Counted from the first letter of the stretch, positions 12,807 through 22,920 are shown. The stretch is 32,000 bases of DNA from an uncultured Actinomycetota bacterium (GCA_963850135.1 CAWKKH010000016.1:147989-179988), one strand, 5' to 3'. Numbers and translations are program-made. The notes: generated by a model from the letters alone, not told the origin.

Positions 12807-13345
12807 GCAAAACCACGGAACCACGACGGCTGTACACCCCCAAGACATCGCGCGGACTCTCGCTGCGCCTGGACCCCGAGACGGTCGGGCAGAGCACGGA
12901 GGCCCTCGCGCGCTTCTTCGGCACCGGCCGCTACCTACTAATCCAGACCGTCATCGTGATCATTTGGATCGCCTTTAATCTGGTCGCGATCGAGCAACGC
13001 TTCGACCCTTACCCCTTCATCCTGCTCAATCTGGCCTTCTCCACGCAGGCCGCGTATGCAGCGCCGTTGATTCTGCTGGCCCAGAATCGGCAGGAGAACC
13101 GGGACCGCGTCTCGCTGAACGCCGATCGTCGACGCGCCGAGGAGACCAAGGCCGACACCGAGTATCTGGCCCGGGAGCTGGCCGCGCTGCGGCTGGCTGT
13201 CGGCGAGGTGGTGACCCGGGAATACCTGCGCGACGAGCTGGAAGAACTGCGCGCTCTGCTAGCCGACCTCCAACCAGAAACCCCGGATCGAGATGCCGTT
13301 GGGGCCGGTGACGGCTCGGACCCAACCGCGACGAAATCCGGGTGA
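12803..13345 (+). CDS. DUF1003-type membrane protein (Rv1231c-like)
   Basis: 180 aa with two TM helices (YLLIQTVIVIIWIAFNLV, PFILLNLAFSTQAAYAAPLILL) and a charged C-terminal tail. GTG 12803 overlaps the upstream TGA (GTGA). Confidence 0.8.
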   Translation: MSKTTEPRRLYTPKTSRGLSLRLDPETVGQSTEALARFFGTGRYLLIQTVIVIIWIAFNLVAIEQRFDPYPFILLNLAFSTQAAYAAPLILLAQNRQENRDRVSLNADRRRAEETKADTEYLARELAALRLAVGEVVTREYLRDELEELRALLADLQPETPDRDAVGAGDGSDPTATKSG

Positions 13346-13457
13346 GCCCAGTTCCACCATTGCGCCCCTCCCGCCACAGGGGTTATGTATGGTGATCTAG
13401 TTCACGAACGTTAACAACAGGTTATTTCCTGACCGCCTTATCTTTGAGGACAGTCGA

Positions 13458-14816
13458 GTGCGCATTGGGGGACGTCGGGGTGCACGCCCGGCCGCCGCGG
13501 CGGATCGGAAGCGGACGCCCCACGCAACGCGGTCGCCGGCATTCGGCCCGTTGTTCTGCATAGCCCTGGTTGTCCCGTTGGTATTCGCGAGCGCCGTCGG
13601 CGGCGCGGGACCCACCATGCCTGGCGCGGCACCCACAACGCGCGGAGATACGCCGGCAGTTCATACGGCCATTACGCCTGTCGCCGCGGTTTCGCCCTCC
13701 GTCCCCGATCTGTCCGGCCCGGTTGTCATCCCGATGCAGCGTCCGCCGGCCGACTTCCGCGTCGCTCAAGGCGCATTGTCGGCGCCGCCGTCGGCGATGA
13801 TCGTGAATGCGCCGGGCGCGCTGGGCATTCCGATGATCGCGCTGTCCGCCTACCGCAATGCCGAACAGAAAATGGCCGTCGCCGCGCCTGGCTGCGGGAT
13901 CAGCTGGAACGTGCTGGCCGGGATCGGACGCATCGAGTCGGGCCACGCGGGCGGCGGCGCAGTCGACGCCCACGGCACCGCGGTACGCCCGATTTACGGT
14001 CCCATGCTGGACGGCACGTTGCCCGGTAACGAGGTGATCGCCTCTGGCAGCGCCGGCAGTCGCCCGACGTACGCGCGGGCAATGGGGCCGATGCAGTTCT
14101 TACCGGGCACCTGGGCGCGTTACGCCTCCGACGGCGACGGCGACGGCGTAGCCGATCCACAGAACCTCTTCGACGCCACGCTGGCGGCAGCCCGCTACCT
14201 GTGCAGCGGCGGCCTCAACCTGCGCGACCCGTCGCAGGTCCTGGCCGCGATCCTGCGTTACAACAACTCGATGTCGTATGCCCAGAACGTGCTGGGCTGG
14301 GCCTCGGCCTACGCCACTGGCGTCGTCCCGGTCGACCTGCCGCCGATCACCGGGGCGCCGCCTCCGCTTGGCGATGCCCACGACGAGCATCCTGAGGGAC
14401 TGGGCCCCGGCCTACCGCTGAACATCATGGGCGTGCCGATGAGCGACCCATTGGCGCAGATACCGATGATCGACCTCACTCAGTCTCAGCTGCCCAGTCA
14501 GTCGCCGATGTTCCCCTGGATGACCCCGACCACGCCGCCGCAGTCGCAGACGCAGCTGCCCGGCTGCACCCTGATCTGCATCGACGCACAGAGCCAGCCG
14601 CCCGGGGCGCCCGCGCCAGGGCTGAGCCCGCCGTCGGCTTTTCCACCACCCGCATTCCCGCCGCCGATGGGACTTCCGCCGGCCCCGCCCGCGGATGCAC
14701 CACCCCCAGATCCGCTGGCCGTCCTACCCGGTGGTCCTCCGCCGGACGCACCGCCGGCCGGCCAGGCGCCAGCACCCCCCCAACCCTCGCCATCACCCAA
14801 GCCGCACCTGCATTAG
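13458..14816 (+). CDS. membrane-anchored lytic-transglycosylase-like protein with a Pro-rich C-terminal tail (Rv1230c-like)
   Basis: GTG start with GAGGA 7 nt upstream and an N-terminal TM helix. It carries GIGRIESGHAGG and MGPMQFLPGTW, typical of SLT/MltB-type enzymes. The last ~90 aa are P/A-rich. Confidence 0.8.
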   Translation: MRIGGRRGARPAAAADRKRTPHATRSPAFGPLFCIALVVPLVFASAVGGAGPTMPGAAPTTRGDTPAVHTAITPVAAVSPSVPDLSGPVVIPMQRPPADFRVAQGALSAPPSAMIVNAPGALGIPMIALSAYRNAEQKMAVAAPGCGISWNVLAGIGRIESGHAGGGAVDAHGTAVRPIYGPMLDGTLPGNEVIASGSAGSRPTYARAMGPMQFLPGTWARYASDGDGDGVADPQNLFDATLAAARYLCSGGLNLRDPSQVLAAILRYNNSMSYAQNVLGWASAYATGVVPVDLPPITGAPPPLGDAHDEHPEGLGPGLPLNIMGVPMSDPLAQIPMIDLTQSQLPSQSPMFPWMTPTTPPQSQTQLPGCTLICIDAQSQPPGAPAPGLSPPSAFPPPAFPPPMGLPPAPPADAPPPDPLAVLPGGPPPDAPPAGQAPAPPQPSPSPKPHLH

Positions 14817-14934
14817 TCGCCGAGCGTAGACACACAGCGAAAAGTCCGGCCGGAAAACGCGGTGCGCTTACGTTGACGCCCTCGATGCAACCTGCCAGCC
14901 GGCGAAACCGCCGAGCCGCCTACACTCGGCGGTA

Positions 14935-16080
14935 ATGTCCCGTCATGAAACCGCCGAGCTGACCTCCGCTATCCGCACCGCACTGGCAAAGGTGATCGAC
15001 CCCGAACTGCGGCGTCCCATCACCGAACTCGGAATGGTCAAAGACGTCGAGGTCGGACGCGACGGCAGCGTGCTTGTCACGGTCAACCTGACCACCGCCA
15101 GCTGCCCGAAGAAGACCGAGATCACCGACCGCGTCAGCGAAGTCGTCGCCGATGTCCCCGGCACCGGCGCGGTGAAGGTCCTACTGGACGTCATGAACGA
15201 CGAGCAGCGCACCGAGTTGCGTAAGCAGTTGCGTGGCGACGCCCGCGAACCCGTCATCCCGTTCGCCCAGCCCAGCTCACTGACCCGGGTCTATGCCGTG
15301 GCATCCGGCAAAGGCGGGGTCGGAAAGTCCAGCGTCACAGTCAATCTCGCCGCCGCGATGGCGGCACGAGGCGTGTCGGTCGGCGTGCTCGACGCCGACA
15401 TCCACGGCCATTCCATCCCCCGGATGATGGGCACCACCGACCGGCCCACTCAGGTCGAGTCGATGATCCTGCCGCCCATCGCCCACGAGGTGAAGGTCAT
15501 CTCGATCGCCCAGTTCACCGAGGGCAATACGCCCGTGGTGTGGCGCGGGCCGATGTTGCACCGGGCATTGCAGCAGTTCCTGGCCGACGTGTACTGGGGC
15601 GACCTGGACGTGCTCCTGCTCGACCTGCCGCCCGGAACGGGCGACATCGCCATCTCGGTCGCTCAGCTGATCCCGAACGCGGAAATCCTGGTGGTGACCA
15701 CACCCCAACTGGCCGCCGCCGAAGTCGCCGAACGGGCCGGCAGCATCGCGCTGCAGACCCGCCAACGCATCGTCGGCGTGGTAGAGAACATGGCGGGACT
15801 CGCGCTGCCGGACGGCTCAACGCTGAACGTATTCGGCGAGGGCGGCGGCCGGCAGGTCGCCGAGCGGCTGTCGCGGGCGATGGGGGCCGACGTGCCGCTG
15901 CTGGGCCAGATCCCGCTGGATCCCGCACTGGTGGCCGCCGGCGACGCGGGCGTACCGATCGTGCTCAGCGCACCGGACTCCGCGGTGGGCAAGGAATTGC
16001 TCAGCATCGCCGACAGCTTGTCGTCGCGACGGCGCGGACTGGCCGGCATGTCGCTGGGACTGGACCCGACCAAGCACTAA
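14935..16080 (+). CDS. mrp: Mrp/ApbC-family Fe-S cluster carrier ATPase
   Basis: 381 aa with an N-terminal DUF59-like segment and the deviant Walker A SGKGGVGKSS. Confidence 0.92.
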   Translation: MSRHETAELTSAIRTALAKVIDPELRRPITELGMVKDVEVGRDGSVLVTVNLTTASCPKKTEITDRVSEVVADVPGTGAVKVLLDVMNDEQRTELRKQLRGDAREPVIPFAQPSSLTRVYAVASGKGGVGKSSVTVNLAAAMAARGVSVGVLDADIHGHSIPRMMGTTDRPTQVESMILPPIAHEVKVISIAQFTEGNTPVVWRGPMLHRALQQFLADVYWGDLDVLLLDLPPGTGDIAISVAQLIPNAEILVVTTPQLAAAEVAERAGSIALQTRQRIVGVVENMAGLALPDGSTLNVFGEGGGRQVAERLSRAMGADVPLLGQIPLDPALVAAGDAGVPIVLSAPDSAVGKELLSIADSLSSRRRGLAGMSLGLDPTKH

Positions 16081-16095
16081 GCCTGCCGTCTCGAT

Positions 16096-16524
16096 CTAGG
16101 TCGCGTCCGTATCGAAGGGGGCCGGGCCTCCGGCGGGTCGTTCAGCTGCAGCCGCCCCAGGTTGTGGCGCGGGCGTCGGGTTAGTCGAACCGGTCCCGTT
16201 CGGCGTCCCATAAACCGGGGGGCCCGGCTTGTCGAAGCTCCCGGTGAATATCGAGTCGTCGCCGTCCAGCAGGTGCTTGGTCAGCGCGGCGCGCGGCGTC
16301 ATACCCCGCAGCTTTTGCAGCTCGCTGAGCGGGCCGCGCAGATCGTCGAACTCGGGTCCGATGTCCTCGCGCAGCTGGCTGGTCACCCCGCTGAGGTAAT
16401 CACGCGCCTGCCGCAGCGCGGTCGACGTCCAGCGGATGGCGCCCGGAAGTCGTTCCGGGCCAAGGACTACGAGTCCGACCACGACGAGGACCCCCATGTG
16501 CTCCCAGCTCAGGCTGCCGAACAT
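16096..16524 (-). CDS. tatB: twin-arginine translocase subunit TatB
   Basis: 142 aa with N-terminal TatA/B helix [27 protein letters not shown]. The ATG directly abuts the htrA stop codon. Confidence 0.9.
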   Translation of the reverse strand: MFGSLSWEHMGVLVVVGLVVLGPERLPGAIRWTSTALRQARDYLSGVTSQLREDIGPEFDDLRGPLSELQKLRGMTPRAALTKHLLDGDDSIFTGSFDKPGPPVYGTPNGTGSTNPTPAPQPGAAAAERPAGGPAPFDTDAT

Positions 16525-18141
<1,617 letters not shown>

Positions 18142-18162
18142 TTACGTGCTGGTCGGCCCAAA

Positions 18163-18573
18163 CTAGCGGCGCTTACGCGGGTCGCGCTGGTCGCGGTCGG
18201 GGAAGCGTTCGGATATTGACTCGGCCGGTGGTGTTGTCAGATCGTCGGGCGAACAGTGCGGGATCGCCGACAACATCCCGAGCAGCGCGCTGGGGATCCG
18301 GATCGGGTGGGAGTCGCGCAGCGCGGCCCGGGCCCGGCTCTGATCGTCGACCTCGATCGCGCAGTCAGCGCACAGCGAAAGGTGGTGCGCGGCGCGCAGG
18401 TGCGCGTTCATCCGCAGCTCACCGTCGACGAACGCCGCGATGGCCTCAGTGGACAGGTGTTCGGTGGAACCGAACTGCCGCGGAGCACCCACCGGCGCGT
18501 CGCTCTGGGAGGCGAACTGGGCGGGGAGCCAGCCGAACGCGCGTCGGAACACTTGCCCTCGGTCGGCCATCAC
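18163..18573 (-). CDS. rseA: anti-sigma-E factor (ZAS family)
   Basis: 136 aa with the H-x3-C-x2-C zinc motif (HHLSLCADC). GAAAGGAG SD upstream of the ATG. Immediately downstream of sigE. Confidence 0.88.
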   Translation of the reverse strand: MMADRGQVFRRAFGWLPAQFASQSDAPVGAPRQFGSTEHLSTEAIAAFVDGELRMNAHLRAAHHLSLCADCAIEVDDQSRARAALRDSHPIRIPSALLGMLSAIPHCSPDDLTTPPAESISERFPDRDQRDPRKRR

Positions 18574-18677
18574 CCGCTCCTTTCGCAGCCACCCATAATT
18601 CGAATGTAGCGCGATTCAACCCCAGTTCCCCGCCGCTTTCTCGGCAAAACCGGCAAAAACTCGGGATTTTTGGTGAA

Positions 18678-19448
18678 CTAAGCCGACTTGGCGTACGGGA
18701 TACGCTCGCCGTGCTCGGAGTGCGCGGCCAGATAATCGCGCAGCGCCTGACGTCCGCGGTGGATGCGGCTGCGGACGGTGCCCAGCTTTACGCCCAGGGT
18801 GGCACCGATCTCCTCGTACGACAGCCCCTCGATGTCGCAGAGAACAACCGCCGCACGAAACTCAGGCGGCAGCGAGTCCAGCGCGGCCTGCAGGTCGGGC
18901 CCAAGCCGCGAGTCGTGGTAGATCTGCTCCGGGTTGGGCTCGTCGGCCGGCACCCGGTCGTAGTCGTCGGGCAGTGCTTCCATCCGGATGCGGGCACGCC
19001 GACGCACCATGTCAAGGAACAGGTTCGTGGTGATGCGGTGCAGCCAGCCTTCAAAGGTGCCCGGCTGGTAGTTCTGTACCGACCGGAAGACCCGGATGAA
19101 GGTTTCCTGGGTCAGGTCCTCGGCGTCTTGCGGGTTGCCGGCGAGACGATACGCCAGCCGATACACCCGGTCAGCGTGCTGACGCACCAACTCGTCCCAT
19201 GACGGCATGGTCGCCAAGTCGCCCGTCGCGTCGAACACCGCGGTGCCCTGCAACGCGTCCGAAGTTTCTACCCATTCGTCGTCAGGGCATAACTGGGGAT
19301 GCGACATGCTGGTCGGGTTTAAAACGGTGGTGGTAATAGGGTCCTCCGGGTTTGCCGTGCCAAAGCTTGGTTCTTCATCGGCGGGAACACGATGTTGCCA
19401 GCGTGTATTCCCCGAAGCACTCCCCGACCAAACCCCTCCGCGTTCCAT
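18678..19448 (-). CDS. sigE: ECF sigma factor SigE
   Basis: Sigma region 2 ([14 protein letters not shown]) and region 4 HTH ([25 protein letters not shown]). ATG 19448 (256 aa) is preferred. GTG 19466 (track) and the internal ATG 19307 (MSHPQ...) are alternative starts. Confidence 0.9.
   Translation of the reverse strand: MERGGVWSGSASGNTRWQHRVPADEEPSFGTANPEDPITTTVLNPTSMSHPQLCPDDEWVETSDALQGTAVFDATGDLATMPSWDELVRQHADRVYRLAYRLAGNPQDAEDLTQETFIRVFRSVQNYQPGTFEGWLHRITTNLFLDMVRRRARIRMEALPDDYDRVPADEPNPEQIYHDSRLGPDLQAALDSLPPEFRAAVVLCDIEGLSYEEIGATLGVKLGTVRSRIHRGRQALRDYLAAHSEHGERIPYAKSA
19386..19411 (-). promoter_or_regulatory. candidate SigH/SigE-type promoter inside the 5' part of sigE
   Basis: The minus strand reads GGAATA-N17-GTT (-35 at 19411..19406, GTT at 19388..19386). 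It lies upstream of the in-frame ATG at 19307. Confidence 0.4.
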
Positions 19449-19490
19449 AGGGATACGGTCGCGCACTGGCGTATGGGCGACATAGGAGCA

Positions 19491-19509
19491 AACTGAGGTT
19501 TGGCTGAGA
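19491..19509 (-). promoter_or_regulatory. candidate MprA-type response-regulator box upstream of sigE
   Basis: The minus strand reads TCTCAGCC-AAA-CCTCAGTT, an 8-3-8 direct repeat with a shared CTCAG core, 43-61 nt upstream of ATG 19448. Confidence 0.4.
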
Positions 19510-19649
19510 AACCTTATCGTTACCTACGCTGTGCAGGAGATATCGCATCCGTGGTGACAATTGTCGCGGTCGATCTTCCGGGCGTGTCATAAGCGTCCGG
19601 CCAAGCGCGCCTGACCACCCGCAACGCGAATTGGACCTACGCTGCGGAT

Positions 19650-20315
19650 ATGGACAGCGCCGACAAAACCTCTGCGCAGGCTGCCCCCACTCGAGCAGAA
19701 CTAATGGCAGCGCACGCCGAGGGTTCCATTTCTGAAGACGCGATCCTGGCCAGTGCCCGCGAGCGCGCCGTCGACATCGGCGCCGGTGCGGTGACGCCGG
19801 CCGTCGGGGCGCTGTTGAGCTTGCTGACCAAGCTCAGCGGAGGCAAGGCCGTCGCCGAGGTGGGAACCGGCGTGGGCGTCAGCGGACTCTGGCTGTTGTC
19901 GGGCATGAGTGACGACGGCGTGTTGACCACCATCGACATCGAGCCGGAGTATCAGCAGCTGGCCAAGGCGGCATTCGCCGAGGCTGGCATCGGCGCGTCG
20001 CGCACCAGGCTGATCGGTGGCCGCGCCCAGGAGGTGCTCACCCGTCTCGCCGACGACTCTTATGACCTGGTGTTCATTGACGCCGATCCGATCGATCAGC
20101 CGGATTACGTCGTCGAAGGCGTTCGGCTGCTGCGATCCGGCGGCATCATCGTCGTGCACCGGGCAGCACTCGGCGGGCGGGCCGGCGATCCCGCCGCACG
20201 CGACGCCGAGGTTACGGCGGTCCGCGAGGCCGCCCGGCTCATTGCCGAGGACGAGCGGCTCACTCCTGCTCTGGTTCCGCTGGGCGACGGGGTGCTGGCC
20301 GCCGTTCGCGATTAG
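19650..20315 (+). CDS. class I SAM-dependent O-methyltransferase (Rv1220c-like)
   Basis: 221 aa with SAM motif [13 protein letters not shown] and DLVFIDAD; caffeoyl-CoA-OMT-like. Confidence 0.88.
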   Translation: MDSADKTSAQAAPTRAELMAAHAEGSISEDAILASARERAVDIGAGAVTPAVGALLSLLTKLSGGKAVAEVGTGVGVSGLWLLSGMSDDGVLTTIDIEPEYQQLAKAAFAEAGIGASRTRLIGGRAQEVLTRLADDSYDLVFIDADPIDQPDYVVEGVRLLRSGGIIVVHRAALGGRAGDPAARDAEVTAVREAARLIAEDERLTPALVPLGDGVLAAVRD

Positions 20316-20329
20316 TTCCCCGGCGCGCC

Positions 20330-22111
20330 TCAGGTACCGGTGACGGCGTCGACCAAGGTCTGGGTGACCGCGAAGGGGAAGCGGACTGTCGCATCGACTA
20401 CGCCGTTAACACCGTCCCGAACCGAATTCACGATCGTCGCCGGATCGCCGGTGAACAGGGCGCCCGTGATATCGCCGACCGCGAATTGCGGCGCCGTGAT
20501 GAAATCACGGACGTCGACGAATAGCTGGGTCGGCAATGACGCCTTCGGGACGGGCACGCCGTCCCAACTTTCCATCGTCCAGCCGGTCTGGGGGCTGCCC
20601 TGCAGCACGACGACACCGGTGTTCGGCAGCGAGTGGGTCAGCATGAGCAACGGATCGGGGTTGTTGACGGTCATCAGCGTCCCGGTCTCGATCGCCAGTG
20701 CGCTGGAGAACGACACGTCGGTGATGTAGCCGTTCGCGCTAACGACCGGGTTAGCCAAGGCCGTGCTGTACATGGTTTGCATCGCACTGTGGAAGTTCTG
20801 GAAGAAAACCACCCCGTTGGGGTCGGCGGAGAGCGGGGCCAGCATTGGCACTATCGGGAGTCCGAGAGTCCATGTGAGCGGGCCGACGATGTAGAGGATC
20901 CCCGCGGGGAGCTGGCCTAATCCTTGGAAAAGACCGGCGTCGATCTCGTTGAGACCGCCCAGCGACTGCGGGGTCATCCCCAGCATCCCCGCCAACGGCG
21001 CGGCAGTCTGCTGCGTCCTGGTCAATTGCGAGTCGAAGATCCCGGCGAAGGGGCGCTGCGGCGCGAGGACGTTGGCGATGTTGTGCGCCTCTTGCTGGCC
21101 CAGCGCATTGAGTGGAGCACCGGGTATGGCGGTGTCGATGAGGTTCATCGCGTTCGGATCAGTCTGGCCGTGCCGCACGAAGTCGATCTGGATGGTCGGT
21201 CCGCTGGTGGTCGTGGTGGTTGGGCCGCCCGTACCAATGAGCAACCCGCCATAGCCGGTGGCCCCGCCCGCTCCCGCGGCGAGGCCGGAGCCGCCAGCCC
21301 CGCCGTGGCCGCCGTCGCCGAACAACAAGGCCTGGCCACCGGCCCCGCCGGCGCCCCCAATACCTACTGGGAAAGCTCCGCCCGCCCCGCCGAGGCCCCC
21401 ATTGCCCATCAACACGCCACCGACGCCGCCCACGCCGCCGGCACCACCGGCCCCGCCGGCACCACCGGTGCCGCCGTTTCCGATCAACCCGGCATTCCCG
21501 CCCCTGCCGCCCACAGCCCCCGTTCCGGCGGTCTGGTTATAGCCGGCCCCGCCGTCGCCGAACAGCAACCCACCGGCGCCGCCATTGGGCGATCCGGCCG
21601 TTCCGGCCACGCCGTTGCCGATCAGATCACGCCCCAACAGCACGTGCGTGGGTCCGTTGATGATTGGGTCCAGCGTCTGGCCGAATGCGCTGGTGATCCA
21701 CGCTTGGCCGATAGCGTGGACCGGGCTATAGACGACCGTCTGGAACCCGGCGGCGACGAATGAATCCAGTGCAGCCAGGGGAGCCGCGGCTGCGCCGCCG
21801 CCAAGTAGTGTGCTCTCCAGCCCCCAAGCGATGGACGTCTCGGTAGCCGCGTACGACACCGCCGCCGCGTGCAAGTTGACCACGAAATGCTCGTAATACG
21901 TCGATGCCTGGGCGGCCGCCGCCTGATACGTCTGGGCGTGCGCGCTGAACAGCGCCGCAATCTCCGCCGACACCTCGTCGGCGCCCGCCGCAGCCAGCTG
22001 AGTCGTCGGGATCGCCGCGGCCAGATTGCCGCTGGTCACCGCCGAACCGATCTGTGCCGCGCCTGCCGTGTGCGCCTCGAATACGTCCAGAGCTACCAGA
22101 ACAGATGACAT
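20330..22111 (-). CDS. PE_PGRS-family protein with a C-terminal histidine-phosphatase (PGAM-like) domain
   Basis: 593 aa. PE domain aa 1-~95 with Y87-x3-E91; GRDLIGNG linker; GGAGG/GGNGG repeats aa ~163-296; Thr linker GGPTTTTTSGP. This is followed by FVRHGQTDPN, SQLTRTQQTA, LNEIDAGLFQG and LPNTGVVVL (nt ~20567-21193). GGAG SD upstream of the ATG. Confidence 0.85.
   Translation of the reverse strand: MSSVLVALDVFEAHTAGAAQIGSAVTSGNLAAAIPTTQLAAAGADEVSAEIAALFSAHAQTYQAAAAQASTYYEHFVVNLHAAAVSYAATETSIAWGLESTLLGGGAAAAPLAALDSFVAAGFQTVVYSPVHAIGQAWITSAFGQTLDPIINGPTHVLLGRDLIGNGVAGTAGSPNGGAGGLLFGDGGAGYNQTAGTGAVGGRGGNAGLIGNGGTGGAGGAGGAGGVGGVGGVLMGNGGLGGAGGAFPVGIGGAGGAGGQALLFGDGGHGGAGGSGLAAGAGGATGYGGLLIGTGGPTTTTTSGPTIQIDFVRHGQTDPNAMNLIDTAIPGAPLNALGQQEAHNIANVLAPQRPFAGIFDSQLTRTQQTAAPLAGMLGMTPQSLGGLNEIDAGLFQGLGQLPAGILYIVGPLTWTLGLPIVPMLAPLSADPNGVVFFQNFHSAMQTMYSTALANPVVSANGYITDVSFSSALAIETGTLMTVNNPDPLLMLTHSLPNTGVVVLQGSPQTGWTMESWDGVPVPKASLPTQLFVDVRDFITAPQFAVGDITGALFTGDPATIVNSVRDGVNGVVDATVRFPFAVTQTLVDAVTGT
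21224..21625 (-). repeat. PGRS coding low-complexity repeat (Gly-Gly-Ala/Asn) within the PE_PGRS gene
   Basis: Runs of GGC/GGN codons. The opposite strand reads as a spurious Pro-rich ORF (21258-21542). Confidence 0.85.
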
Positions 22112-22245
22112 TCGCCTACTCCACGTTGAGTGATTGGGTCCGCGCCATCATGGCACTCAACTCCGAAAAAAGAGCGGAAATCGAACCCGGACAGATTGTT
22201 TGGCGACGTCAGATGGCGAGATCGTGATTCACGTCTTATTAGCGC

Positions 22246-22291
22246 TTGACGGTTGCTGAACACTGGTTTAATGTACTGAACATGCGTTCAG
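22246..22291 (+). promoter_or_regulatory. candidate raaS promoter (leaderless) with overlapping TetR operator-like repeats
   Basis: TTGACG (22246-22251), a 17-nt spacer, then TAATGT (22269-22274), which ends 7 nt before ATG 22282. CTGAACA occurs at 22256-22262 and 22276-22282. The palindrome CTGAAC-ATGC-GTTCAG (22276-22291) spans the start codon. Confidence 0.5.
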
Positions 22292-22920
22292 CCGACTTGA
22301 CCGCAACCGCCCGGATCCGCGACGCGGCCATCGAGCAGTTCGGACAGCACGGCTTCGGAGTGGGGTTACGCACCATCGCCGAAGCCGCCGGGGTAAGCGC
22401 CGCGCTGGTCATCCACCACTTCGGTTCCAAGGAAGGCCTGCGCAAAGCCTGTGACGACTACGTCGCCGAAGAGATCCGCAGCGGCAAGTCCGAAGCGATG
22501 CAGTCCAACGACCCGGCCAGCTGGCTCGGGCAGCTGGCCGAGATCGAGTCGTACGCGCCACTGACCGCCTACCTGGTGCGCAGCCTGCAGGCCGGCGGCG
22601 AGCTGGCGATGTCGATGTGGCACACGATGATTGAAAACGCCGAAGATTACTTCGCAGAGGGAGTCCAGGCCGGCACCATCAAACCCAGTCGGGATCCGCA
22701 CGCCAGGGCCAAGTACCTGGCCATCACGTCGGGCGGCGGGCTGCTGCTTTATCTGCAAATGCATGAAAACCCAACGGATCTGCGGGTGGTCCTGCGTGAC
22801 TACGCCCGCGACATGGTGCTGCCCGCCCTCGAGATCTACACCGAGGGCCTGATGGCCGATCGCACCATGTTTGACGCCTTTCTAGCCGCGAACGATCAAG
22901 GAGGATCGCATGGAGAATGA
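22282..22920 (+). CDS. raaS: TetR-family transcriptional regulator of the adjacent ABC efflux operon (Rv1219c/RaaS-like)
   Basis: ATG 22282 gives 212 aa; the track's TTG 22246 coincides with the -35 hexamer. N-terminal [28 protein letters not shown]. The 3' end overlaps the ABC ATPase start by 11 nt. Confidence 0.85.
   Translation: MRSADLTATARIRDAAIEQFGQHGFGVGLRTIAEAAGVSAALVIHHFGSKEGLRKACDDYVAEEIRSGKSEAMQSNDPASWLGQLAEIESYAPLTAYLVRSLQAGGELAMSMWHTMIENAEDYFAEGVQAGTIKPSRDPHARAKYLAITSGGGLLLYLQMHENPTDLRVVLRDYARDMVLPALEIYTEGLMADRTMFDAFLAANDQGGSHGE

Noticed and set aside
14498-14800. Gly-rich 100-aa minus-strand ORF resembling a PGRS segment
   Set aside because: It is the mirror image of the Pro-rich C-terminal tail of the plus-strand transglycosylase-like gene. 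It has no PE domain and no upstream start context.
21258-21542. Pro/Ala-rich 94-aa ORF (PAPPAPP...) that could be taken for a proline-rich secreted protein
   Set aside because: It is the reverse-complement reading of the GGN-rich PGRS repeat in the minus-strand PE_PGRS gene.
21224-21625. Repetitive GGC/GCC-rich DNA considered as a CRISPR array or tandem repeat
   Set aside because: There is no repeat-spacer periodicity. It is in frame within a continuous PE_PGRS ORF and encodes Gly-Gly-Ala/Asn repeats.
20316-22245. IS element, integrase or target-site duplication flanking the PE_PGRS insertion
   Set aside because: There is no transposase-like ORF, no terminal inverted repeats and no direct repeats at the 14-nt (20316-20329) or 170-nt (22112-22281) flanks. 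The only structure is an 8-bp inverted repeat (22125-22132 / 22154-22161), which is too weak to interpret.
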